NCBI GenBank assembly: GCA_963663275.1
Contig: OY760183.1
Span: forward strand, 3,232,001-3,296,000
Source: Chloroflexota bacterium
Lineage (GTDB): Bacteria; Chloroflexota; UBA11872; VXOZ01
Length of the DNA stretch: 64,000 nucleotides
Reading direction: 5' to 3'
Shown: positions 28,958 through 37,930 of the stretch, piece by piece
Layout: every line of letters begins with the position of its first letter
Numbering within the stretch: the first letter of the stretch is position 1
Program-made: the position numbers and the translations under genes
Notes under the pieces: generated by a model
The model's database searches: none
What the model was told of the DNA's origin: nothing
Seen by the model: only the letters and a program-made list of their open reading frames with translations

Positions 28958-29737
28958 ATGATCTACGACGTGCACGTCCACTTCCGCAGCGCGGCGATGA
29001 TGAAGCGCGCGCTGGCGCAGGCCGAGCGCCTGGACATGAAGCTCTGCACCAATAGCATCAACCTGGAAGGCAGTGCTTCACCCAACTTTCCTTCCCGCGA
29101 ATTCGTGACCGCCTGCAACGACCGCACGCTGGGCCTCGCGCGTCAGCATCCGCAGCGGGTAATTCCCTTCTGGTACCTCAACCCCACGCACGGGCAGTAC
29201 GCCTGCGACGAACTGGAACGCCGCGTCAAGGGCTATCGCGGACGCCAGGGCGTGAAACTCTGGGAGGCCATCCGGGGCAACGACCCGCAGTTGGACGGCG
29301 TCATGCAAATCTGCGCCCAGTACCGCCTGCCCGTGTTGCAGCACACCTTCGCGGAGGTCACGGGCAACCTGCCCACAGAGACTGGCGGCCCGGACATGCG
29401 GGAGATGGCGCTGCGGCATCCGGACGTCACTTTCTTCTTCGGCCACGCGGCCGGCGACATCGAGGTCGGCGCCAAGTGCGCGCTGGGACTCCCCAACGTC
29501 CTGATGGACGTGGGCGGCAACGAGGCCACCAACGGCTATACCGAGATCCTCGTCAAGTACGTCGGCGCGGAGCACGTCGTCTACGGCAGCGACGCCTCCG
29601 GCCGGTCGTTTGCCTCGCAACTGTCAAAGATTCTTGGCGCAGACCTGACCGCGGCGGAAAAGGACAAGATTCTCTCCACCAACGTGCAGCGCGTCTTCGA
29701 CCGGCAGCAGGCGCTGCGCGGTGCAGCGCCGGAATAG
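28958..29737 (+). CDS. Amidohydrolase_2 family hydrolase (paralog 2)
   Basis: Motifs IYDVHVH, PVLQHT, GHAAG, VYGSD; colinear with 27903-28664. Confidence 0.88.
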   Translation: MIYDVHVHFRSAAMMKRALAQAERLDMKLCTNSINLEGSASPNFPSREFVTACNDRTLGLARQHPQRVIPFWYLNPTHGQYACDELERRVKGYRGRQGVKLWEAIRGNDPQLDGVMQICAQYRLPVLQHTFAEVTGNLPTETGGPDMREMALRHPDVTFFFGHAAGDIEVGAKCALGLPNVLMDVGGNEATNGYTEILVKYVGAEHVVYGSDASGRSFASQLSKILGADLTAAEKDKILSTNVQRVFDRQQALRGAAPE

Positions 29738-29749
29738 GATGACACCCTC

Positions 29750-30583
29750 ATGATCGACGCAAACGCCTTTCTCGGCGAGTGGCCGTTCCGCCGCCTGCCC
29801 TATGCCCAGCCGGCAGACCGCCTGCGCAAGATGGACGCGCTTGGCATCGAGAAAGCGGTGGTCTCCCGCCTGGAAAACGTCTTCTATAAGGACCTCCTGG
29901 TGGGCAACGAGGAACTCCACGCCATCGCGCAGCAGTACCCCGACCGCTTCATTCCGGCGTACACCATCAATCCCGGCTTCCCCGGCTGGGAACACGACCT
30001 GGAAATCTGCATCAACGACTTCGGCATGAAGAACCTGCGCCTGCACCCGAACTACCATCAGTACAGCCGCCTCAAGGGCAACGTGCCGCGCATGGTCGAG
30101 GCCCGGGGTTATCCCAACTACCAGCAATACCACTTCTTGGACGACCAGGCGCAGGCGCTGCTGGGCAAGGCCGAGGAGCATAACCTGGTGGTGCTCATCT
30201 CCATCGGCGTGGAAGACCCCCGCTTTGCCCACTGGCTGATGAAAGTGCCCGCCGTGACCATGATCGACGCGGCGGAGGCGGTCAACGGCTTTCCGGGCGT
30301 GCGCTTCCTGGTCTGCGGTGCGACCTTCTCCGAGGTGCAAAGCCTCTGGTCCTACGCCTACCACCAGGACAGCCTCTACTTCGAGAACTCCCGCGTGCAG
30401 GGGCCAACCGGCGACGTGGACGACCTCTGCGCGCTCATGGGCCCTGACCGCCTGCTCTTCGGCTCGAATCTGCCGATAAACTACGCCGAATCCGCCAAGC
30501 TCAGCATCGAGCACGCCGACGTAGGCGAAGACGTGAAGCGGGCGCTCTTCAAGGGTAACGCGGAGCGGCTGTTCGGCGCGTAA
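29750..30583 (+). CDS. Amidohydrolase-fold protein (IDANAFLGEWPFR type)
   Basis: Motifs INPGFP, LRLHPNYH, RLLFGSNLP, GNAERL. The canonical HxH metal site is absent. Confidence 0.8.
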   Translation: MIDANAFLGEWPFRRLPYAQPADRLRKMDALGIEKAVVSRLENVFYKDLLVGNEELHAIAQQYPDRFIPAYTINPGFPGWEHDLEICINDFGMKNLRLHPNYHQYSRLKGNVPRMVEARGYPNYQQYHFLDDQAQALLGKAEEHNLVVLISIGVEDPRFAHWLMKVPAVTMIDAAEAVNGFPGVRFLVCGATFSEVQSLWSYAYHQDSLYFENSRVQGPTGDVDDLCALMGPDRLLFGSNLPINYAESAKLSIEHADVGEDVKRALFKGNAERLFGA

Positions 30584-30619
30584 GTATTCAGCCGGCACTC
30601 TCATAAGGAGGATCAGAAA

Positions 30620-30952
30620 ATGGACTTCTGGCGCGGTTATGGCGGGTTAGTCACCCTCGGTTGGCTCTGTGCCCTCGTCTTTGTGGCCTCGATCACCGAT
30701 GCCGCGCTGACGGAGAGCGAACTCGCGGCCCGGCTCGCGTACGGCCTTGCCGCCGTAGCGGCCGCGATTATCGTGTTGTCGCTCTTCCTGCAGCGGAGGC
30801 TGAAACGGCGGGTCGAGAGCAAGGTCGCAGAGTCCGAATCCATCAGCCTGGCCGACATCCAAACACTGGCGAAGTCAAACTCGACGCTACTGGAAGACGC
30901 CATTGCATTGCACCACACCCAAAGTGAGGACACGGGCAAGCCCGGCGGCTAG
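30620..30952 (+). CDS. Small two-TM membrane protein
   Basis: Strong SD TAAGGAGG; two hydrophobic helices followed by a basic patch. Confidence 0.7.
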   Translation: MDFWRGYGGLVTLGWLCALVFVASITDAALTESELAARLAYGLAAVAAAIIVLSLFLQRRLKRRVESKVAESESISLADIQTLAKSNSTLLEDAIALHHTQSEDTGKPGG

Positions 30953-31055
30953 GTTTGCGAACAGATTAGCGGCAGGCAAGTTCCACCCCTAGCCGCCGTG
31001 TAGACCCTTATTACCCCTCCTGTCAGCGCCGGTCCGCGCAGCCTCCGGCGCACGC

Positions 31056-31112
31056 CTGTCAATCCTTTAGGGTTGACAGACCTCAGCGGTGAAGCATAGT
31101 GTATGCATACGA
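31056..31112 (+). promoter_or_regulatory. Putative sigma70 promoter with two palindromic operators upstream of the SBP gene
   Basis: TTGACA at 31073-31078, 16-bp spacer, CATAGT. The inverted repeat CTGTCAATCC-TTTA-GGGTTGACAG covers the -35 element; the palindrome GTATGCATAC lies near +1. Confidence 0.5.
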
Positions 31113-31281
31113 GCAACGCAGGAACAGAGAGATAAGGAGGTGGCGGCCCACAATCCGGTCGATGCTCCGCCCGCTTCAGTTACGCTCATCGTCCTCATTT
31201 GGCGATCCCATGCCAATCAGCGCGCAGCATTGTCCCACGACAGTCGGAAGCCTTGAGTGGTGCAAGAACAGGAGACTACCA

Positions 31282-32652
31282 ATGTCTACAACGAAACTTT
31301 CCCGCAGAACGATGCTCGGCGGCGCGCTGGGCGTTACCGGCGCCGCCTTGCTCGCCGCGTGCGGCCAGGTGCAGACGGCGGCCGCGCCGGAAGCGCAGCA
31401 GGAGGAAGCCGCGCCGAAGGAAGCGGCCAAAGAAGCGCCCGCGATGGAGCATACCCCGGTCTGGGCGGTGTGGATGGGCGACGAAACCAGCCAACTGCGC
31501 TGGAACACCGCCATGGAACTATTTGGCGAGGAAAACCCCGAAGTCACCTGGAAGATCACCTGGGAGCACTGGAAGCGCAGCCTGCCGCCATTGCTGGCCG
31601 CCGGTGAAATCCCGGACATTGCCAATACCTCGTCGGCGCCGCACATTCTGGCGGAACAATGGCTGGACGCCGGCCCGATCATGGCCGCGGGCGGCATCAA
31701 TCAGGCCGACTACGCCGGGCGGCTCTTCGACGCCGTCACCTGGCGCGGCAAGACGATGGGTTTCCCCACCGGCTCGAACACCACCGCGCTCTTCTATAGA
31801 GGCGACATGTTCGACGAGGCGGGCCAGAATCCGCCAACCAGCGACATGTCCTGGGAAGAGACCATCGCGGTTTCCGCCGACATCGCCGGCCGCTTGAACC
31901 AAGGCGAGGAGCGCACGCGTTGGGGTATCTCCACCATGAGCTACGCCTGGAGTTATTTCCCCTTCCTCTACGCGGGCATGGTGGACTCCGACGGCAACCT
32001 CAACGTGAACCGTGACATTGCCATCCACCTCACCCAGTTGATCCTGAAAGACTCGATCGAGAAGTTCCGCGCCGCCCCGGACCGCGCCACGCTGAAAGAG
32101 GCGGAGGACTACTACGGCAATCCCAACTTCCCCAACGGGAAATTCGCCATGGTGCCGGGCGGCACGTTCATCATGAAGCCCTTCCGTGAAGCGGATCCGT
32201 TCGAGTTTTCCACGGTGGAAGTGCCCTATACCGACATCACGGGAACCCAGGTGCGCGGCGCGTTCAACGGCCACGAGCAGATGAGCCTGCTGGCCGGCGG
32301 CGCGGAAAACCCGGACGCCCAGGCGTTCGCCCTCTGGACCATGGGCGAGAAGCACCAACGCTGGATGGGCGGCGAGGGCTGGGCCGCGCCGGCGCTGCTC
32401 TCGGCGGGCGACACGTTCGTGCCGCCGGCGGACGATCCCCGTCCGGCCGACATGAGCGCCTTCGTGAAGGCGATTGGCTACGCCACCAGCTTCTTCCCGC
32501 ACCCGGCCTCGAGCCCGCTCTACAAGGCCGCGACGGCGGGGATCATCCAGTTTGTGGATGAAGGCAACATCACCGCCGAGGAGGCCATCGACCAGGGCAT
32601 CGAGGGGATGCAGGTCGAGCTGGATACGTGGGAAAAGGAAAACGCTTCGTAG
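31282..32652 (+). CDS. ABC transporter sugar-type solute-binding lipoprotein with a Tat signal
   Basis: LSRRTML twin-arginine motif, LAAC lipobox, Ala/Glu/Pro linker, and motifs LAAGEIPD, LFYRGDMFDEAG, FPNGKFAM. No permease gene is adjacent. Confidence 0.88.
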   Translation: MSTTKLSRRTMLGGALGVTGAALLAACGQVQTAAAPEAQQEEAAPKEAAKEAPAMEHTPVWAVWMGDETSQLRWNTAMELFGEENPEVTWKITWEHWKRSLPPLLAAGEIPDIANTSSAPHILAEQWLDAGPIMAAGGINQADYAGRLFDAVTWRGKTMGFPTGSNTTALFYRGDMFDEAGQNPPTSDMSWEETIAVSADIAGRLNQGEERTRWGISTMSYAWSYFPFLYAGMVDSDGNLNVNRDIAIHLTQLILKDSIEKFRAAPDRATLKEAEDYYGNPNFPNGKFAMVPGGTFIMKPFREADPFEFSTVEVPYTDITGTQVRGAFNGHEQMSLLAGGAENPDAQAFALWTMGEKHQRWMGGEGWAAPALLSAGDTFVPPADDPRPADMSAFVKAIGYATSFFPHPASSPLYKAATAGIIQFVDEGNITAEEAIDQGIEGMQVELDTWEKENAS

Positions 32653-32926
32653 TTCCCACAACGCCCTTCATGTCCCCTCTCCCCGTGGGAGAGGGTTAGG
32701 GTGAGGGCATAAACGGGTAGGGGCACGGCATGCCGTGCCCCTACCGTCGCGTAAGTGACAAGTGTGCCTCCCGATCGCCGAGACTGTGAAGGCACTGCGA
32801 ACCACCTGCTGTGCACTGGCGTTCCAGGCCGCCTTTGTCATGCGCTTACACTATAATGACTACCATCCAGTCTTTGAGACGAATGAGCACGACACGCGCA
32901 CACAGAAGGCACTCAAGGATCGACCA

Positions 32927-34423
32927 ATGCAAACCCAACTCGATCACACCGAATCCGGCTCCGACACCGCCGCTCCCAGGCTCCGCAACTACGTCGGCGG
33001 CCAGTGGGTCACGCCGCAGACCGCAGACTACCTGGACGTGACGAACCCGGCCACGGGCGCAACCCTGGCGCGCGTGCCGCTCTCCACCAAGGAAGACACC
33101 GACGCGGCGGTGGCGGCGGCGCAGGCGGCGTTTCCCGAATGGCGCGCCACGCCGCCTTTGGAGCGCTCCCGCCTGCTCTTCGCGGTCAAGGCGCGCATGG
33201 AAGACCGCTTCGAGGACTTTGCCCGCGCCATCACCCAGGAGCACGGCAAGACCCTGGAGGACGCCCGCGGCTCCGTGCGCCGCGCCATCGAGAACGTGGA
33301 AGTGGCCTGTGGCATCCCCTCGCTGCTCATGGGCTACGGCCTGGAGGACGGCGCGGCCAAGGGCATCGACGAAGACGTGGTGCGCCAGCCGCTGGGGGTG
33401 TTCGCGGCGGTGTGTCCGTTCAACTTTCCGCTAATGGTGCCGTTCTGGTTCTGGCCCTACGCCGTGGCTTGCGGCAACACCTACATCATCAAGCCCTCGG
33501 AGCAGGTGCCCACCAGCATGAAACTGGTGTTCGACGAGTTAGACCGGTGCGGCTTTCCGCCCGGCGTGATCAACGTGGTGAACGGGTCGAAAGACGCCGT
33601 GGACGCCCTGCTGGATAATCCCCAGGTGCGCGGCGTCTCTTTCGTCGGCTCCACGCCCACGGCCCGCTATCTCTACGCCCGCGCCGGCGAGCAGGGCAAG
33701 CGGGTGCAGGCCCAGGGCGGCGCGAAGAACGTGATCGTGGTCATGCCCGACGCCGCGCTGGACGAAACCGTCGGCAACGTGATCAACTCGGCGTTCGGCT
33801 CCGCCGGCCAACGCTGCCTGGCCAGCTCGGTGGTGGTGACCGTGGGCGCGGGCCGCGAGCGCGTGCGCGACGCCATCGTCCAGGCCGCCGGCGCGCTCGC
33901 CGTGGGCAACGGCGCGGATGAGGGCGTCGAACTCGGCCCGGTCATCTCCCAGACCGCCAAAGAGCGCATTCTCGGCTACATCGAGCGCGGCGTGGACGAA
34001 GGCGCGGCGCTGCTCCTGGACGGCCGCCAGGCCGCGGCGGCGCAAGACGCCAACGGCGCGTTCGTCGGCGCGACCATCTTCGATGAGGTGCAGCCCGACA
34101 TGGCGCTCTTCACCGACGAAATCTTCGGCCCGGTGCTCAGCATGATGCACGTGAATACCCTCGACGACGCCATCACGCTCATCGAAAACCAGCGCTACGG
34201 CAACGCCGCCTCCATCTTCACCCAGGACGGCGCCGCCGCCCGCGAGTTCCGCTACCGCGCGCCCACCGGCAACATCGGCATCAACGTCGGCGTGGCCGCG
34301 CCCATGGCCTACTTCCCCTTCAGCGGCGCCAAAGAGTCCTTCTTCGGCACCCTCCACGGCCAAGGCCGCGACGCGATCGATTTCTTCACCGAACGCAAGG
34401 TGGTAATCACGCGGTGGTTCTAG
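32927..34423 (+). CDS. mmsA: CoA-acylating (methyl)malonate-semialdehyde dehydrogenase
   Basis: Motifs PFNFPLMVP, KPSEQVP, FVGST, GGAKN, AFGSAGQRC, EIFGPV, GINVGVAAPMAYFPFSG, LHGQG. Confidence 0.92.
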   Translation: MQTQLDHTESGSDTAAPRLRNYVGGQWVTPQTADYLDVTNPATGATLARVPLSTKEDTDAAVAAAQAAFPEWRATPPLERSRLLFAVKARMEDRFEDFARAITQEHGKTLEDARGSVRRAIENVEVACGIPSLLMGYGLEDGAAKGIDEDVVRQPLGVFAAVCPFNFPLMVPFWFWPYAVACGNTYIIKPSEQVPTSMKLVFDELDRCGFPPGVINVVNGSKDAVDALLDNPQVRGVSFVGSTPTARYLYARAGEQGKRVQAQGGAKNVIVVMPDAALDETVGNVINSAFGSAGQRCLASSVVVTVGAGRERVRDAIVQAAGALAVGNGADEGVELGPVISQTAKERILGYIERGVDEGAALLLDGRQAAAAQDANGAFVGATIFDEVQPDMALFTDEIFGPVLSMMHVNTLDDAITLIENQRYGNAASIFTQDGAAAREFRYRAPTGNIGINVGVAAPMAYFPFSGAKESFFGTLHGQGRDAIDFFTERKVVITRWF

Positions 34424-34561
34424 GCGCGATGCGCGCGGGAAGCGCCGGCGGGCGCACGGTCATTCGCTTTCAAGCCGCGAAATCACGATCTTCTACGCGC
34501 AATGTCCCTGTGGAGCGTGCTAGAATATGGGTGCGATTCAACCTATAAGGAGAACACGACC

Positions 34562-34897
34562 ATGTCGCGGTTGACGGTAGAGGAACGACTTAGCCGCCTT
34601 GAAGGTGTCTACGAACACCTGGCAACCAAGACGGACATTGCTAACCTGAACACCGAGATCGCTAACGTGAAGACCAGCATAACAAGCCTGGAGTCCGGTT
34701 TGAGAACCGACATGGCAAGCTCGGAGGCCAGGTTAAGAGCCGGCACGGCCAGCCTGGAAACTGGAATGAAGTCCGAAATGGCCAACCTCAGAACGGACTT
34801 GCGCGAGATGGAAGTGCGGCTCACCCGCTGGATGATTGGCAGTATGGCCGTGTGGGCGGCGGTCATCATCGGCGCGATTCGCATTCTCGGCGGCTAA
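34562..34897 (+). CDS. DUF1640/CCDC90-like coiled-coil protein with a C-terminal TM anchor
   Basis: HLATKTDI motif, heptad repeats, and RLTRWMIG before a hydrophobic tail. SD AAGGAG. Confidence 0.75.
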   Translation: MSRLTVEERLSRLEGVYEHLATKTDIANLNTEIANVKTSITSLESGLRTDMASSEARLRAGTASLETGMKSEMANLRTDLREMEVRLTRWMIGSMAVWAAVIIGAIRILGG

Positions 34898-35001
34898 CTC
34901 ACCGTTGGCTTGATGCGCGACATGATTGACGCTGAATCATCTACAGTCTGGAGCACGCGGCGCAGTTGCAGTCAAGGCAGATAGAGAAGTGAGCATAAGA
35001 C

Positions 35002-35301
35002 ATGACGATGCGGGATGAACGGGCGTTGTGGTGCGTGGAGTGGGGCCGGCGCGCCACGGAGGGACGTTACTATCCGGACGGCTACTCGCTGCACACCTCG
35101 CTGGACGACGCCGAGGCGTACCAGCAGGTCAACCTGACGCGCTCCATGGCCGCCACCCAATGGCAGGGCGAGCCGCGCGTGCTCCTGCGCAAGCCCTACC
35201 GCTGCCTGGTGCCCGACTGGCAATACCAGCAAACCCTGGCCAGCGACATCGGCATGCACTTCAGCGGCGCTTCTCCCGTGCCGCTTGCCGAGGCCGGCTA
35301 G
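35002..35301 (+). CDS. Hypothetical protein
   Basis: 99-aa ORF with GC3-rich codons (PDGYSLH motif). Confidence 0.6.
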   Translation: MTMRDERALWCVEWGRRATEGRYYPDGYSLHTSLDDAEAYQQVNLTRSMAATQWQGEPRVLLRKPYRCLVPDWQYQQTLASDIGMHFSGASPVPLAEAG

Positions 35302-35444
35302 AGTCTGCCGCGCTGAACCGCCGCATTGTGCCGTTCATCGAGGGCAGGCGCGAGCGTGCAGATTGAGCCGCCCAGGGTCGTTAGCGTCCCGTCTTCCCTG
35401 ACGAAAGTGCCAAATCGTGCCGCTTCTTGAATCCACAGCGCGCT

Positions 35445-36155
35445 ATGACCCCTGAACTCGTCACCGCAATCCGCCAGGCGCTGGCTGACAACGCCAACCC
35501 GGAGAAGGCGCAGGGCATGAGAGCCTACATGAAGTCGGCCATGCCGTACCGGGGCGTGCAGACGCCCATGCGCCGCAGGCTGGCGCGCGCCGCGTTGCGC
35601 GCCCATCCGCCGGCCGGCCGGGAGGACTGGCTCGCCGCCATCCACGCACTCTGGCGCAACGCCGACTACCGCGAGGAACGCTACGCCGCGTTGGACGTGA
35701 CCGGCGCGCCGCAATTTCGCGCCTTTCGCGGGCTTGAGACCCTGCCGCTCTATGAAGAGATGGTCGTCAGCGGCGCGTGGTGGGACCTAGTGGACGACGT
35801 CGCCACCCACAAACTGCGCGAACTGGTGGATAACCATCCGGCGGAGATGGCCGCCCACATGCGCGCCTGGAGCCGCGACCCGAACCTCTGGAAGCGCCGC
35901 TCGGCCATCATCTGCCAGGTGAAGCGCAAAGAGGCGACCGACCTGGCGCTGCTCCGCGACTGCATCGAGCCGAACCTCGCCGACCCGGACTTCTTCATCC
36001 GCAAGGCCATCGGTTGGGCGTTGCGCGACCTGGCGTGGACCGATCTGGATACGGTGGAGGGCTACGTCGCCCGCCACGCCGACCGCCTCAGCCCGCTCTC
36101 CCGCCGCGAAGCCCTCAAGAACGCCGCCGCCATCCGCGCCGGACGGCCCCGTTGA
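35445..36155 (+). CDS. DNA alkylation repair protein (AlkD-like HEAT repeat)
   Basis: Motifs MRAYMKSAMPYRGV, YREERYAA, GAWWDLVD, WKRRSAI, FFIRKAIGWALR. Confidence 0.9.
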   Translation: MTPELVTAIRQALADNANPEKAQGMRAYMKSAMPYRGVQTPMRRRLARAALRAHPPAGREDWLAAIHALWRNADYREERYAALDVTGAPQFRAFRGLETLPLYEEMVVSGAWWDLVDDVATHKLRELVDNHPAEMAAHMRAWSRDPNLWKRRSAIICQVKRKEATDLALLRDCIEPNLADPDFFIRKAIGWALRDLAWTDLDTVEGYVARHADRLSPLSRREALKNAAAIRAGRPR

Positions 36156-36208
36156 CCGTTCCGCCCAGGCAATCGGACGGCAGCGCAACGCCCATCCACG
36201 TTGTTGAC

Positions 36209-36233
36209 TTAATTGACCCATTTAGTTAAGATA
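36209..36233 (+). promoter_or_regulatory. Candidate Rrf2-family (IscR/CymR-like) operator
   Basis: TTAATTGACCCATTTAGTTAAGATA resembles the IscR type-1 consensus ATASYYGACTRWWWYAGTCRRSTAT. It is an AT-rich patch upstream of a sulfurtransferase gene. Confidence 0.45.
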
Positions 36234-36293
36234 GAAGTAACTCGTTTCCTCGCTCGAACAATTGCACACAGCCCCTATAGGAGGCACAGGACA

Positions 36294-37253
36294 ATGCAGA
36301 GAGGATTTTCCCGACGGATGTTCCTGCACTTCACTGCTCTCGCAGCCGGAGGCGCGCTGCTCGCCGCCGCCTGCGGAGAAGGCGCCGCGCCGGCCGGAGA
36401 TGCGCCGGATGGCCCGCAAGGCTACGCCAATCCCGGCCTGTTGGTGGAGACCGACTGGCTGGCGGAGAATCTCGGCAATGCGGACTTGCGCATCATCGAC
36501 GTGCGTTCGGCGGAAGACTACGCCGCCGGCCACGTGCCCAACGCCATCAACATCCACTCGCGCACGTTCGTCGATCCCGATAACGAAATCAGCGGCATGC
36601 TCATCCCGCCGGAAGCGTTCGCCGCGCTGGTGGGCGAGCACGGCATCAGCGACGAATCCGAGGTCGTGGTCTACGGCAGCGGCAACATCCTCTGGGCCAC
36701 CCGCGTCTTCTGGGCGCTGGAACTCTACGGCAACCGCAACGCCAAGGTGCTGAACGGCGGCTTTGCCAAGTGGGCCGAGGAAGAGCGCGAGTTGTCCACG
36801 GAGGTACCCTCGTTCCCCGCGGCCACGTTCACGATTAACTTCGATCCGCTCCTGATTGGCACGTTCGAAGAGGTGCAGGCCGCCATCGAGAGCGGCGACG
36901 AGAACGCCGTGGTGCTGGATAACCGCTCCGCGGGCGAGTACTCCGGGCGTGACGTGCGCTCCGACCGGGGCGGCCACATTCCGGGCGCCATCAACCAGGA
37001 TTGGGTCGTCTACCTCAACGGCGGCGACGCGCGCACCTTCAAGTCGGCCGCGGAACTGACGGCGCTCTTCGATGACGCCGGCATCACCGAAGACACGGTG
37101 GTCTACGCCCACTGCCAGACCGCGGTGCGCTCCTCGGTGGCCTATTTCGTGGCGCGGCTGCTGGGCTACAACAACGTGCAGAACTACGACGGCGCCTGGG
37201 CCGAGTGGGGCAATAACGCGGACGTGCCGATCAACACCGGCTCCAACCCGTAG
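36294..37253 (+). CDS. Tandem-domain rhodanese / sulfurtransferase, Tat lipoprotein
   Basis: FSRRMFL twin-arginine motif, AAAC lipobox, GHVPNA, GGHIPGA, catalytic loop CQTAVRS, YDGAWAEW. Confidence 0.92.
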   Translation: MQRGFSRRMFLHFTALAAGGALLAAACGEGAAPAGDAPDGPQGYANPGLLVETDWLAENLGNADLRIIDVRSAEDYAAGHVPNAINIHSRTFVDPDNEISGMLIPPEAFAALVGEHGISDESEVVVYGSGNILWATRVFWALELYGNRNAKVLNGGFAKWAEEERELSTEVPSFPAATFTINFDPLLIGTFEEVQAAIESGDENAVVLDNRSAGEYSGRDVRSDRGGHIPGAINQDWVVYLNGGDARTFKSAAELTALFDDAGITEDTVVYAHCQTAVRSSVAYFVARLLGYNNVQNYDGAWAEWGNNADVPINTGSNP

Positions 37254-37550
37254 GAGACCCTTGCACTACCCCTTCCCCATTGAGGGCTGACAGGGGTAGG
37301 CATTCTACATCCGACTTCACGTGTCATTCCGAGCGGAGCGCAGCGGAGAGAGGAATCTAAGGCTTTCGTGGCAAAAACGTCGGTTCTAGATTCCTCGCTC
37401 CGCTCGGAATGACACGTGCCTACCCCTGTCAGCCCATTGAGGGGGAAGGTTGGGATGGGGGTGAAATAGCTTGACATCAAGCTGTGTTTAGTGAGACATC
37501 GCCCTGGATTCCGGCTTCCGCCGGAATGACGGAGATTTGCAGAGGTTTCC
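37253..37550. mobile_element. GGAGACC-ended MITE interrupted by a nested CTGACA MITE
   Basis: Ends GGAGACCCTTGCA / TGCAGAGGTTTCC. Colinear with 10827-10969 once the nested insert and one TSD copy are removed. Confidence 0.75.
37287..37432. mobile_element. 146-bp CTGACA-ended MITE with an 11-bp target-site duplication
   Basis: Perfect 16-bp TIRs CTGACAGGGGTAGGCA / TGCCTACCCCTGTCAG. CCCATTGAGGG is duplicated at 37276-37286 and 37433-37443. Confidence 0.9.
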
Positions 37551-37584
37551 GTAGGGTTGTCGCCGCGCTAAACCCGTCTATCCT

Positions 37585-37621
37585 GAAAGGACGCGCGCTT
37601 GGTCGCGCGTCCTTTCTCTTT
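37585..37621 (+). terminator. Intrinsic terminator
   Basis: GAAAGGACGCGCG-CTTGGT-CGCGCGTCCTTTC followed by TCTTT. Confidence 0.75.
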
Positions 37622-37930
37622 GCCGCTAATCGCGGCAGCGCCAAGATGGCTCCCAGCTTTCGCGGGATTGTACGTGTCAGCGAATTCATTGACAGAATCC
37701 GCTCCTCAAAGGGAGCCTTGAATGTCAATGTCATTCCGAGCGGAGCGAGGAATCTAGGGTCGGCGCCCCAACCTGCATGGTTGGCTCGCCGTCTCTCTTT
37801 CTCTTTGGCTGAGCAACTACCCCCAGTAGAAAGCACACTTGCGCTCCCCCTGTCGTTTGTCCACAATGAGAGCAACGACTCGCTTGTCATTGCCCGTTCA
37901 ATTCCGCAGCCACTGGAGGAGAAACAACCC

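Noticed and set aside
37484-37930. N-terminal extension of the DegT aminotransferase
   Set aside because: It runs through REP and terminator sequence; a strong SD supports ATG 37931.
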